NCBI GenBank assembly: GCA_023378805.1
Contig: JAMCSQ010000019.1
Coordinates: 11,738 to 75,737, forward strand
Source of the DNA: Candidatus Parvarchaeota archaeon
GTDB lineage: Archaea; Nanobdellota; Nanobdellia; Parvarchaeales; Parvarchaeaceae
Reading direction: 5' to 3'
DNA length: 64,000 nucleotides
Under the pieces are notes generated by a model. The model searched no databases. It was not told the DNA's origin and saw only the letters and a program-made list of their open reading frames with translations. A program made the position numbers and the translations under genes. Below are positions 1 through 9,618 of the stretch, in pieces. Positions within the stretch are counted from its first letter, which is position 1. Each line of letters opens with the position of its first letter.

Positions 1-279
1 ATAATCTTCGAAAGAGGAATACTGGATGGAGGAACAATTCTAATGCGATCTCTTTTCGCTGTCCCTAGGGTTTTACAGTCCTTTTCTGTAATTTATAACA
101 GCTTAAAGATAATATCAATCATTTCTGCAGTTATAATGATATACCTTATAGTAAGGACAATGAAGAAGGATAAAATAAGGATTTTATCCTACGGATCTAT
201 AATGCTTCTTATAATGTTCCTTACAGCAATCTATGCTATATTCAGCTTGAATAAGCATGATAACTGGCTGACACGTTAA
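1..279 (+). CDS. Hypothetical small membrane protein, probably 5'-truncated by the window edge
   Basis: The frame-1 reading frame is open from nt 1 through the listed ORF 43..279. The product is hydrophobic, with two predicted TM segments. No recognisable motif. Confidence 0.3.
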   Translation: MIFERGILDGGTILMRSLFAVPRVLQSFSVIYNSLKIISIISAVIMIYLIVRTMKKDKIRILSYGSIMLLIMFLTAIYAIFSLNKHDNWLTR

Positions 280-297
280 CAAATATTCATACAATGC

Positions 298-849
298 TTG
301 AAAATAGTAAATTTTAAGAGTAATACCCAATCAAATATAAATATGAAAGGACTGTGCATGAATTTTAGCGTATGGCCTCCTAAAACGCTGGAGGACATAT
401 TAATAAAAAATTCAGAGGAAGAGATAGACAAAGATATAATACCGCTAGTGAAGGCTATAAACTTATTTGGTGTTCCTACTTATTCTTCATGTGCTGGTCA
501 CGTTAATGGCACTGGTCTGCCTTACCCTTGGATTGGAGTTCTAAAAAAGCAATATAACTTAAGGGATTATTCGCATTCGATAAAAAACTTATACACTAAA
601 CAAAAAGAATACCTCCAATTCTATTTAAAGGAATCATTAGAAAGATTTTACGTTGTTTTAGATAGATTCAATGAAACAAATAATGAAAATATGTGGGTAT
701 TAGAAGAGCTGACTTACTCGCATTTAAGACCGCGGAGACCTTGCAAAGATGAAATTGAACTTGATACTGAAAGAAAAAAATCAGTAATATTAGCGAACCT
801 CTTATTTAATGAATTTAGGGGAAAATATTGCTTTTATGCAGAACATTAA
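298..849 (+). CDS. Hypothetical protein (Cys/His-containing); true start probably ATG at 343
   Basis: 183-aa ORF. The track start is a TTG. The first in-frame ATG at 343 gives MKGLCMNF... A conserved-looking block SSCAGHVNGTGLPYPWIGV is present. No family recognised. Confidence 0.35.
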   Translation: MKIVNFKSNTQSNINMKGLCMNFSVWPPKTLEDILIKNSEEEIDKDIIPLVKAINLFGVPTYSSCAGHVNGTGLPYPWIGVLKKQYNLRDYSHSIKNLYTKQKEYLQFYLKESLERFYVVLDRFNETNNENMWVLEELTYSHLRPRRPCKDEIELDTERKKSVILANLLFNEFRGKYCFYAEH

Positions 850-907
850 AGGTATTTGTATTAAAAATCATTTAAATATATAAGCGAGGAAGAGTTATTG
901 AATTTAA

Positions 908-1546
908 ATGGGAATAATAATAATCATAAGACATGGCTTCAGCGAATCAAATAAAAAAGGTTATTTGACTCATGATATAGATGGATACCCGTTAACAGTA
1001 GAAGGGGAAAAGTATCTTATCAAATCCGCAGAAGAACTTAAAAAATTGGATAATATCAAAGAGATTATATCCAGCCCAATATTAAGAGCCTCACAGACTG
1101 CCGAGATAATTTCAAAAATTACTGGCCTGAAAGTAAAAAAGGATGCAAGGTTAACTGAGAGAAATATGGGTAATTATAACAACAAAAAAATACCTAGTGA
1201 CAATAGAGGAGATCAAACGGATTATAACTGGCATGTAAAGGAGATTTTAAATGGCTATCCTAATGGCTTAGAAAGGTGGCAAGAACTTGAAGCTAGAGTT
1301 ACTGAGTTACTAAATGAGATACCTGAAGATGAGAATATAGTAATAGTTTCCCATGGGGATATAATAAAAGCAATAATAGCGCATTTTCTCGACCTTGATG
1401 AATTTGGAGTATGGGGGATAAGAGCCAATCACGGCCACTTTACAGTTATAGACAGAAAAAGTAAGAAAGTACTTGCAATAGGGGCTCCGATAATATCAGA
1501 TACAATATTAAATAAAATAAAAAATGCAATAGCAGACACTAAATAA
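908..1546 (+). CDS. Histidine phosphatase superfamily protein (phosphoglycerate-mutase-like)
   Basis: N-terminal catalytic RHG motif (IIIIRHGFSESN). A downstream SHGD motif supplies the second catalytic His (VIVSHGDIIKAI). Length 212 aa is typical of branch-1 histidine phosphatases. Confidence 0.75.
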   Translation: MGIIIIIRHGFSESNKKGYLTHDIDGYPLTVEGEKYLIKSAEELKKLDNIKEIISSPILRASQTAEIISKITGLKVKKDARLTERNMGNYNNKKIPSDNRGDQTDYNWHVKEILNGYPNGLERWQELEARVTELLNEIPEDENIVIVSHGDIIKAIIAHFLDLDEFGVWGIRANHGHFTVIDRKSKKVLAIGAPIISDTILNKIKNAIADTK

Positions 1547-1548
1547 GA

Positions 1549-2085
1549 ATGAAAACTTCTAAAGAGGAGATAAAAAAATTATTTGAAGAGCGTAATTTTA
1601 TCGAGCTTAACGAAAAAACAAGGAAATTGCTTTCTGGGTCCCATGGAAAAATTCTTTCTGGAAAGCAGTTTGTTGAACTTATTTCGAAACAGAAAAACTA
1701 TATTATAACTGTCGGAGATATGGTTACATTGACAGCAATATCTGCAGGAATAATACCTAACATGGCAATATTCGATTTTAAAACCGAAAGAAGGAAAATT
1801 GACGGAACAGATATAATAAAAGCTTACAAAAAAATCGAAAAAGTGAAAAACCCACCGGGAAAGATAACAAAGGAACTGTTTTCCGTAATAATTAAAAACC
1901 TTGGTAAAAAAAGGATAGGCATAAAAGTAAACGGAGAAGAGGATTTGGCAGCCAGTATATGCATAGCTTTATCTGATTACAATACTATCATTGCGTGGGG
2001 AATCCCTGGAAAAGGTATAAACGCAGTCAAAATAAATAAAAAAAGAATAATGCATGCATTATCTATAATAAAGAAAATGAATTAA
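1549..2085 (+). CDS. DUF359-type protein, probable GTP-dependent dephospho-CoA kinase (archaeal CoaE analogue)
   Basis: 178 aa. Glycine-rich nucleotide-binding stretch SGSHGK. A conserved VGDMVT block resembles the GDxVT signature of the archaeal DUF359 dephospho-CoA kinase family. Assignment is from motif memory only. Confidence 0.4.
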   Translation: MKTSKEEIKKLFEERNFIELNEKTRKLLSGSHGKILSGKQFVELISKQKNYIITVGDMVTLTAISAGIIPNMAIFDFKTERRKIDGTDIIKAYKKIEKVKNPPGKITKELFSVIIKNLGKKRIGIKVNGEEDLAASICIALSDYNTIIAWGIPGKGINAVKINKKRIMHALSIIKKMN

Positions 2086-2282
2086 TAACGGCGCTTAAGA
2101 TACTTAAAATAATTATAGACAGAATAACCGGCAGCTGCACAAACTATTATTGCAAAAGCGAAAAATAAAACATCTGTTTGGTAGTTTATCTTATTTATAT
2201 ACGCAGAAATACCTGTAGCCGAAAATACAGGATACTTGCTTGTATTTTCTATTTTATCGAATAAATTTTCCAACTTTTCCAT
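2082..2282 (-). CDS. Small hypothetical membrane protein
   Basis: 66 aa with one strongly hydrophobic C-terminal helix. Overlaps the neighbouring genes by 4 nt at its 3' end and by 29 nt at its 5' end. Confidence 0.25.
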   Translation of the reverse strand: MEKLENLFDKIENTSKYPVFSATGISAYINKINYQTDVLFFAFAIIVCAAAGYSVYNYFKYLKRRY

Positions 2283-2805
2283 ACATGAGATTTATTACTG
2301 AGTTTATTGCTTCGTTGTCAAGATCAATAAAAATATTTTTGTATTCAAAATCTTTGGGTATATAAAGGGAATCTATGAGTTTTATTTTTCCTTCTTTTGT
2401 AAGCATAATGTTGTTTCCGCTTACTAAATCGCCATGTACATAGCCATTTCTGTGCAGTATTTCTACTGTATCCTCAAGTTGCTGCTTTATACTGTAAAAA
2501 AGTTTGGTATTTCCTTTTATTTTGTAAAGAGAATTCATAAGCATGTCTCCGTCTATCTTTTCTAGAACATAGGTTTTTTGGCCATTAAGCTCTTCCAGTG
2601 CAAGCGGTTTGACAATGTTATTTTGAGCTAGGTTGTACTCTTTTCTCATCATCTTAAATCTTTCCTTTGGGCTGTATTTTTCTTTAAGATAGTTACCTGC
2701 TTTTTTGCCCAAGCCCAAATTTTCGATTACAAAAAGCTCTGTATACAAACCTTTTTCAGGTTTTACAAACGTGTCTGAAATAGTTTCATCAAGCTTTTTA
2801 TACAT
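2254..2805 (-). CDS. Small atypical protein kinase (Bud32/RIO/Kdo-kinase-like fold)
   Basis: The catalytic-loop motif HGDLVSGNNIML matches the HGDLxxxNxx loop of Bud32/RIO-type kinases. It is followed by an IDSLYI block resembling the DFG-equivalent. 183 aa is consistent with minimal Bud32-like kinases. Confidence 0.5.
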   Translation of the reverse strand: MYKKLDETISDTFVKPEKGLYTELFVIENLGLGKKAGNYLKEKYSPKERFKMMRKEYNLAQNNIVKPLALEELNGQKTYVLEKIDGDMLMNSLYKIKGNTKLFYSIKQQLEDTVEILHRNGYVHGDLVSGNNIMLTKEGKIKLIDSLYIPKDFEYKNIFIDLDNEAINSVINLMYGKVGKFIR

Positions 2806-2970
2806 AGACTATTATAGGTCCAACAAGTATAAATATTTTACTATTAGATTATAATAAAAAGCATAATAATATTAATGTGTAAGCAAAACCTATTGTTATT
2901 TTAAGCCCGCTTCTTATCGAAAATCTATAATTACAGGGCATGGTTTAAAATACAAATCAGTTAAAATAAT

Positions 2971-3714
2971 CTATTCCTCTCTCCATATAGAACGTTTTAC
3001 GGCAAATACTATCAAAGCGATAGAAACCATAATAAGAACTATCCATGAAGTTAATATAAAAGAAGCTGAGAATTTAACAAAGCCTATGCTGCTCTGTGCT
3101 ATTATTGCAGAAAATGTAGTCGGAGATATATAAGCAAGGTATCTAAACGGGAATGGTATGTATGTAATTGGGTAATAAACCGGCGGCAAAGTGGATAAAA
3201 GCATCGAAATAAGTCCCATAAAGGCCCAACCTTCTATAACATCCCTACTTATTGTTGAAATAAAAAACCCCAAAGATATAGAAAACATAAAGGTAAGAAG
3301 CATAACCGCTGCAACAGTTAAAGTGGATATTACTGAGATATGAATAAATATAACAGCAAGAACTGAAAGAACTATCAAATCAGGAACAGAAAAAACAAGC
3401 TCAGATAATGCTATGCCTGCAACATAAATTGCCGGAGAAACGGGAGAGCTGACAAGCATATCCTGCAGTTTCATATCATTTCTTAAATGTGTTAAGTCCC
3501 CTTGAATAGATATACCGTTGTTTACCATTACCAAAATGAACCCTCCTAATATACCAACATTAAGCAGTGTTCCGTGACTTACGAAAAAGATGATTATAAG
3601 TAAACCAAAAGGAGCAAGTATTGTATTTACAAGCATAACTGGAAAGTTCTTCATAGCATAGAAGGCATTGGCCATCACTGAAGCAGAAAGCTGACTAAAC
3701 TTACTAATTTTCAT
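2971..3714 (-). CDS. ABC-2 type transporter permease
   Basis: 247 aa with about 6 TM helices. Starts 11 nt inside the upstream ATPase gene, so the two are translationally coupled. Confidence 0.6.
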   Translation of the reverse strand: MKISKFSQLSASVMANAFYAMKNFPVMLVNTILAPFGLLIIIFFVSHGTLLNVGILGGFILVMVNNGISIQGDLTHLRNDMKLQDMLVSSPVSPAIYVAGIALSELVFSVPDLIVLSVLAVIFIHISVISTLTVAAVMLLTFMFSISLGFFISTISRDVIEGWAFMGLISMLLSTLPPVYYPITYIPFPFRYLAYISPTTFSAIIAQSSIGFVKFSASFILTSWIVLIMVSIALIVFAVKRSIWREE

Positions 3715-4630
3715 GTTCTTCGCCTTTATTTATATCTCCCACCAACATGTAAAATATATCTTCCAACGAGGTTGGATTTATGGAAAACTTTACCTTTCTA
3801 TTTATCAACTTTTTAGCAAGATTATTTGCTGTTATTTCATCAGAGAAAATCTGAAAAGTGCCGTCATTTTTCTTTACAACTTTTCCAGTTAACCTGATAT
3901 TTTTCTTGAAGCCTTTAAATATTTTTATTGCATATGGATAACCTATGGCATCTCTTATATCATTTATAGTGCCCGATTTTACAAGCTTTCCTTTGTTTAA
4001 TATGATTATATAATCAGACAACTCTTCTGCTTCCTCAAGATAATGTGTTGTCAATATTATAAGATGTTCTTTTTTTAAGTCATTAAGAACACTCCAAAGC
4101 TCTTTTCTTGATATGGGGTCCAAACCTGTCGTAGGTTCGTCTAAAAAGATTATTTTTGCATTAGATGAAATCACTAAAGCTACCAAAACTTTTCGTTTCG
4201 TACCGCCTGATAATTTTCTTGGCAACTTATCGGCATATTTTTCCAATTTAAACCTGAATATAATTGTATTTGTCCGTTTTTTTGCCTCTTTAAAACTGAA
4301 ACCTCTCCATAGCAAATAAGCGTAGATGTTTTCTCTTGCTGTCATCCAAGGTATAAGCTCAGCTTCTTGGGGTATTACTGCTATCCTCTCTCTTATTTCT
4401 TTTGGATTTTTCACAACATCAACTCCGTCTAAGTAAACTTTTCCTGCAGTAGGAAGCAGCTCAGTAGAAACTATCCTTATAAAAGTAGTTTTGCCCGCTC
4501 CATTCCTACCTATTAATGTGAATATCCCGTTTATATCTAAATTTAAAGACACATTTTTTAAGGCCGATGAACGTTTACCTCTCTTATCTTTATAGATCTT
4601 GCTTAGATTTCTTATGATTAACTTTACCAT
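3704..4630 (-). CDS. ABC transporter ATP-binding protein (ABC-2/DrrA-like)
   Basis: Walker A GRNGAGKTT. ABC signature LSGGTKRKV. Walker B IIFLDEPTTGLD. H-loop TTHYLEE. Confidence 0.85.
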   Translation of the reverse strand: MVKLIIRNLSKIYKDKRGKRSSALKNVSLNLDINGIFTLIGRNGAGKTTFIRIVSTELLPTAGKVYLDGVDVVKNPKEIRERIAVIPQEAELIPWMTARENIYAYLLWRGFSFKEAKKRTNTIIFRFKLEKYADKLPRKLSGGTKRKVLVALVISSNAKIIFLDEPTTGLDPISRKELWSVLNDLKKEHLIILTTHYLEEAEELSDYIIILNKGKLVKSGTINDIRDAIGYPYAIKIFKGFKKNIRLTGKVVKKNDGTFQIFSDEITANNLAKKLINRKVKFSINPTSLEDIFYMLVGDINKGEEHEN

Positions 4631-4716
4631 ACTATTAGAGGGTTTTAGGTATTAAATTATCTTCTAAATAAATATAATTTTATTATATATTAATTTTACA
4701 AAAACCTGATAGAATA

Positions 4717-5451
4717 ATGGAGATAAAAGCCATTAACATTACAAAGAGCTTTAAAAACAACCTTGCATTAAATTCAATAAGCTTTGACATAAAAGGCAAG
4801 GGAATAATAGGTTATCTTGGTCCTAACGGTGCAGGGAAAACAACGACATTAAAGATACTGTCAAACTTAGTAAGAGCTGACTATGGAGAAGCATTTATCA
4901 ACGGAATAAACATAAAAAACTATAAAATAGCATTGAAATACGTCTCTGCGTTGATCGACGAACCAGAACCATATGATGAAATGACAATATATGAGTTCCT
5001 TGAATTTATTGGAAAGCTCAGAGAAATGGATAAAGTGTTAATTGAAAAAAGGATAAAAAAGCTTGTAAATGAATTAAATCTGGAAGATATAAACAAAAAA
5101 TGCGGCCAGCTTTCGAAAGGGAACAGACAGAGAGTAGTACTAGCAGCGGTACTTTTACCCGATACGGATATTTTGCTGCTTGACGAACCAACTAGTGGAT
5201 TAGATCCGGCTGAAGCATATGACATAAAAAAGTTGCTTAAAAAGCTAAAAAAAACAAAACTAATAATATTAAGTTCCCATCTGCTAAATGAGATAAAGGA
5301 ATTATGCGATTACGTTATACTCCTGGACAAAGGGAAGGTAATTGCGCAAGGATCTGTAAAAAGCATAATAAAAAAATTCGGCAGTGGTAAAGGAGAGAAA
5401 GGCCTTGAAATGGCGTATATAAATCTAGTGCGCGGTAAACATGAAAAATAG
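4717..5451 (+). CDS. ABC transporter ATP-binding protein (ABC-2 type)
   Basis: Walker A GPNGAGKTT. Signature LSKGNRQRV. Walker B LLLDEPTSGLD. H-loop SSHLLNE. Confidence 0.85.
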   Translation: MEIKAINITKSFKNNLALNSISFDIKGKGIIGYLGPNGAGKTTTLKILSNLVRADYGEAFINGINIKNYKIALKYVSALIDEPEPYDEMTIYEFLEFIGKLREMDKVLIEKRIKKLVNELNLEDINKKCGQLSKGNRQRVVLAAVLLPDTDILLLDEPTSGLDPAEAYDIKKLLKKLKKTKLIILSSHLLNEIKELCDYVILLDKGKVIAQGSVKSIIKKFGSGKGEKGLEMAYINLVRGKHEK

Positions 5452-6202
5452 GGCTTTTTATACGTTTTTTAACGCGGAATTAAAGCTTGCTAAAAGCCAG
5501 ATTATAGCGTTTTCGGCGCTTTCATTTATAATAGTAGTATTGACGGGTTTGCTTTCGATAAAGGCGCTATTTAACAGCACTGATTTCTTTGAAAGTATCG
5601 GTTTAGTAATATGGCTTATGATAGGAATTGCCGCAACTAATGTAGCGGCCGGCATAGGTGTAATGGACTTCAACAAAAGAACTGGTTTGCTTGTTCTATC
5701 GCAGCCGGTAGACAGAAAATTAATCTTTTTATCGAGGCTTTTTGCCGCTTTTTTGATCGTTTTACTGCCGATCACAGTGCTTTACATATCAGGATTTGGA
5801 ATAGGTTTATTACTATATAAAGTAAGCATCCCTAACATCTTTTTATCATATGGATTAGCTGTTCTATATGCTTTCTCATTCACAGCAATGATTGCAGGAA
5901 TAAGTGCAATGTCCAGAGAGAAAAGCACGCCTCTAAGCTTCGGCTTGACATTTGCTTTTCTTGCAGTTTTTGTTTTTGCAATATTCAGTAAGTTCATTGG
6001 AGTGCAGCCATGGTTCTTTTTGCCTTACGGAGGACTGGCAATAAGCAGCGTGATGGCAACTCCCTATTTAATGCATATTAACCCTGGAAACTACTTTTTC
6101 TACTATATACCTTATTTAAATGAAGCCCTGTTAATAATACTGCTTTATCTGATAATATTCGCAGTACTTGGTATATTCTACTATTCCAGAAGAGAATTAT
6201 GA
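5441..6202 (+). CDS. ABC-2 type transporter permease
   Basis: 253 aa polytopic membrane protein. Overlaps the ATPase gene by 11 nt, so the two are coupled. Confidence 0.55.
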   Translation: MKNRAFYTFFNAELKLAKSQIIAFSALSFIIVVLTGLLSIKALFNSTDFFESIGLVIWLMIGIAATNVAAGIGVMDFNKRTGLLVLSQPVDRKLIFLSRLFAAFLIVLLPITVLYISGFGIGLLLYKVSIPNIFLSYGLAVLYAFSFTAMIAGISAMSREKSTPLSFGLTFAFLAVFVFAIFSKFIGVQPWFFLPYGGLAISSVMATPYLMHINPGNYFFYYIPYLNEALLIILLYLIIFAVLGIFYYSRREL

Positions 6203-6345
6203 AATTATTTGAACAGTCTTATAAAACGGCTCATACTCCTTACTCTGTTTTCTCCGGCCGCTTTAATAACCCTGTTTCTTACGGCAATATCGAATGAATC
6301 GAGTTTTATATCAGCGAGCTGCTAACCTTATTTTTTATATGTACT

Positions 6346-6564
6346 TTACTTGTATTTTATTTTCATTATCTTAAATAAGCCTTTCCAGCGGTATAAAACA
6401 AGCCATCCAACTCCCAAATATACTATCCCTATCAGGCTTGCTCCGTTAGGACCAAAGTACTTTGTTAAAAAAACTAATATAAGGACAAAGCCAACTAAAA
6501 AGTAAAGTATGACGACAGAAAAGAATATTTTTTTCTTTCTACTGCTTAATTCTTCGATTATCAT
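6346..6564 (-). CDS. Small hypothetical membrane protein
   Basis: 72 aa with two TM helices. Its start codon is back-to-back with the start of the divergent gene at 6564. Confidence 0.25.
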   Translation of the reverse strand: MIIEELSSRKKKIFFSVVILYFLVGFVLILVFLTKYFGPNGASLIGIVYLGVGWLVLYRWKGLFKIMKIKYK

Positions 6565-7742
6565 TGATAATTAATGATCCATTAAGTTATATTATTTTAA
6601 TCATATGGAAAGCTATTTATATTATAACTAATCACTATTTTAGAATGAATAATTATATAAAGAATTTGAAAAAATACGCCAAGAAGGATTTCTTTGAAGG
6701 GGAATGGAATAACTTTAAAGGGCCATTCAATAAAGCATTATCTTACAAGAATAGTGAAGAGGGGATGTTGTATTGGCTGAAAAAAGTTGCAAAATACCAT
6801 ACAGATGAGAATACTGGCTCACTTTACTGGATAATGAAAGCAGATATAAAAGGAATAACCCCTGAAAAGATAGATAACGCTACAAGTTTAAATGAATTGG
6901 TTTCGCTTTTAGGAAATTCTGATTCTGAATTTCTAAAAAAGGACAATGGTTACAAGGATTATTACATGCCTAGGAATTTCAAGCTTAATGACATGTTCAA
7001 AAGTTCCTCATCGGGCACTACTGGGCCGGCAAAGACTGTTTACCACACCCCTCAATCTTTATCTATTTCTGCAGTAAATGAATACACAGGGATAAAGGCA
7101 CAGTATCCTGTAAAAGAACTAAAAAATAAGAAATTATTGGCTGCTGGACCGGTTGGCGCTTATCAAGAAGAGCACAAGAAACTTGCAGAGCTTCTTGGGA
7201 TGGAATATATAGGAAATGAATTCGAAACAAAGGGATTAAAACTTTTAGGCCCGCAGGAGATGATGAATAAAATGAGGCCTGTGATGGAAAAGGAAACCTA
7301 TATATTAAACCAGGGTAATATTGGGATAGCAACGGCTGCAATGGAAATGATTTCTATGATGCCAAAAGAATTATTTTACGGCACAGATCTAATAAAAGTA
7401 TCGGGCACACAGATAAATACTGATATGTTGACAAAAACGGAGAAGGAACTCGGTAAAAAACTTATACCTATGTATGGTCACTATGCTGGAAAATCTTCAA
7501 TAGGTTTTACAAGTAGCGACATAGTGTATTTCCCGTCATTTCCAGTTACATACATTTACATGAATTATCAAGGAAAAACTCCTGCATATGGGAAAAAAGC
7601 GCCTACCAAGATGATAGTCGCTGAACCTGAGCTGTTACTAATAAACGATGAAGACTACGCAATAAAAACAAGCGTAAAAAAAGCAACAAAGGCATTTGAA
7701 GAGATAGACGGGATTTCAAATCTTTCAAGATCTTTAAATTAA
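6564..7742 (+). CDS. Adenylate-forming enzyme (PaaK / coenzyme F390 synthetase / LuxE-like family)
   Basis: Carries the AMP-binding P-loop-like motif SSSSGTTGPAKTV, i.e. the [ST]SGTTGxPK core. The track start is TTG. The real start is probably the ATG giving MNNYIKN, about 26 codons downstream. Confidence 0.5.
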   Translation: MIINDPLSYIILIIWKAIYIITNHYFRMNNYIKNLKKYAKKDFFEGEWNNFKGPFNKALSYKNSEEGMLYWLKKVAKYHTDENTGSLYWIMKADIKGITPEKIDNATSLNELVSLLGNSDSEFLKKDNGYKDYYMPRNFKLNDMFKSSSSGTTGPAKTVYHTPQSLSISAVNEYTGIKAQYPVKELKNKKLLAAGPVGAYQEEHKKLAELLGMEYIGNEFETKGLKLLGPQEMMNKMRPVMEKETYILNQGNIGIATAAMEMISMMPKELFYGTDLIKVSGTQINTDMLTKTEKELGKKLIPMYGHYAGKSSIGFTSSDIVYFPSFPVTYIYMNYQGKTPAYGKKAPTKMIVAEPELLLINDEDYAIKTSVKKATKAFEEIDGISNLSRSLN

Positions 7743-9094
7743 TAGTGCTCTATTCCCCTTCTATCTATAATTTTAGGGCTTTTAATTTTCGTTGGATCGT
7801 AAAAAGGAATTCTGTCTTTAGCAACTAACTCCGCATCCAATAAAGCTAGTTTTTGGTCTATAACATACTTTAGTTCCATTTCCTCTTTGGATAGTTTATC
7901 TAAGATTAGATTAATTACTTCCTCTTTACTGCCTTTAAATTGATTCTTATAGAAGTAGAAAGTCATCTTATCTAAACCATTTTCTCCAGTTATTTCAGCG
8001 TAACCCTCTCCCAAATTTAATTTTCTTGATGTAAAGGCAAGGACATCATCTATTATTATATCATCCAATTTTGATACGCTGAAGTTGACAAGCTTATTTG
8101 TCCTGCCGAGAAATTCAAGATACATATAATCCTTGTCTATGTCTATAAACCTGACTTTCTCCTTTGTATCATAATTTATTAAAGGCACATGATCCTGTCC
8201 CTTTAATCCCTTGCTTGTCAAAAGCAATTCACCTTCGAGTCCCTTCAGTTTATTACCAGAGGGATAATAAACCTTTCCATCGGAGTAAATACCAAATTCA
8301 TTGTTATACCTAGAAAGTTTAAATACAGAAATATCCGGAATGCCTTCGCTCTTCAACAGTTCCTCCGAATAAAATTTGCCGCCACAAACCCGCTCAGTAG
8401 ATGCAAGTACGTCTATTACGCCCCTTACTGGTATCAAAGAATAAAGAAGCTTGCATCTTTCAAGGGTTAGAGGCTCTCCGCCTACTGATAGGTATATTTC
8501 ATTTTTACGCGCTATGTGATTTAATTCTTCTCTTGATTTTTCATCTAAGTTATATATTTCTCTAAACAAAATTGATAGCAAACCGGATATAAGGATCTTT
8601 TTATTAATGTTTGGATGCGAATCTATTATGTAATTTGACTTTTTCAAAAGATCTAAAAGCGTTTGGCCCGGCCCGGGATTTAATTCTATTGATTTCCCAA
8701 TCTCGGATATATATGACATAGTTATTCCGCTTATAGCAGGCCTGGGTGGAGCAATATTTATAGTTATATAAGGAATTTCTCCAAGTAACTCCTTATACAC
8801 ATTTACAAAAGTACGTCCAAAAATTTCCATATCACCATAAGTTACAGGTATAACTTTAGGTTTTCCAGTCGAACCTGAAGTTTGGAGTAAAGACGCATTA
8901 GTACGTATGTCAGGTATAAATTTATAGAAGTTATCAATGAACAGGTCACCTGAAATTACAGGGATATCCCTAATTACACCTTCTAAATTCTTTGAAGTCA
9001 AATTTTTCAGGGGTTTATATGAATCCGACTTATAAAAATCTATATTATTTAATGCGTATTGAAAAACAGACTTAACATTGGGCTTTGCTGTCAT
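7739..9094 (-). CDS. Adenylate-forming enzyme (PaaK / F390-synthetase-like), paralogue of 6564..7742
   Basis: Motif LLQTSGSTGKPKVIPVT is an [ST]SGSTGKPK AMP-binding core. 451 aa. Sits 2 nt downstream of the V4R-like gene. Its stop overlaps the stop of the convergent gene at 7739..7742. Confidence 0.55.
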   Translation of the reverse strand: MTAKPNVKSVFQYALNNIDFYKSDSYKPLKNLTSKNLEGVIRDIPVISGDLFIDNFYKFIPDIRTNASLLQTSGSTGKPKVIPVTYGDMEIFGRTFVNVYKELLGEIPYITINIAPPRPAISGITMSYISEIGKSIELNPGPGQTLLDLLKKSNYIIDSHPNINKKILISGLLSILFREIYNLDEKSREELNHIARKNEIYLSVGGEPLTLERCKLLYSLIPVRGVIDVLASTERVCGGKFYSEELLKSEGIPDISVFKLSRYNNEFGIYSDGKVYYPSGNKLKGLEGELLLTSKGLKGQDHVPLINYDTKEKVRFIDIDKDYMYLEFLGRTNKLVNFSVSKLDDIIIDDVLAFTSRKLNLGEGYAEITGENGLDKMTFYFYKNQFKGSKEEVINLILDKLSKEEMELKYVIDQKLALLDAELVAKDRIPFYDPTKIKSPKIIDRRGIEHY

Positions 9095-9096
9095 AA

Positions 9097-9618
9097 TTAA
9101 ACTTCAGATATAAATTTACATTCTGCGTCTCCCTTTGCTTTGCAGTATATCTCCTTTGTTGAATATTTTTTATCCATTAAACTAGTAAACATCGCGCTTA
9201 AACTGCCAGCTGAGAAAAAGCATACTGGTTTTTCTGATTTACCGAATATCTCCAGATATGCTTCTGCCATTGGAGAAGGATTAATTGTGGTTATAATTTT
9301 ATCTTTATCAAAACTAAAAACGAATTTTCCAAGGCCGGATGTGGCAACAACGTTTGATATTAATTCAAGTGTTTTGTTAATATCATTATTAAATCTATTT
9401 TTATAATCGCTTATTATACCGCCTATGCTAATTGAACCAGCATTGTATGCTTCATTTTCATCGTATTTTATGAGTTTACCAATTAAAGACACCAATATGC
9501 TCATGTTTATAAGTACACCTGGTCTATTCATTAATAGCAGCCTATTATTCTCAAACCTTACATTTTTAGTCAAAAGCATCTCATTTAAGAAATTATTGGG
9601 GGTAATATCACTTGACAT
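9097..9618 (-). CDS. V4R-like (4-vinyl reductase type) small-molecule-binding domain protein, tentative
   Basis: 173-aa soluble protein. The pattern is 'hydrocarbon-binding' V4R-like: N-terminal helical part, central ISIGG glycine turn, C-terminal CFFSAGSLSAMFTSL block, and a terminal Cys pair. Called from memory of COG1719 only. Confidence 0.35.
   Translation of the reverse strand: MSSDITPNNFLNEMLLTKNVRFENNRLLLMNRPGVLINMSILVSLIGKLIKYDENEAYNAGSISIGGIISDYKNRFNNDINKTLELISNVVATSGLGKFVFSFDKDKIITTINPSPMAEAYLEIFGKSEKPVCFFSAGSLSAMFTSLMDKKYSTKEIYCKAKGDAECKFISEV

Noticed and set aside
4113-5775. Short ORFs 4113..4319 (+), 4920..5225 (-) and 5458..5775 (-) overlapping the ABC ATPase and permease genes
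   Set aside because: All are embedded antisense or out of frame within genes that carry Walker/signature motifs. They have no motifs of their own and low-complexity translations.
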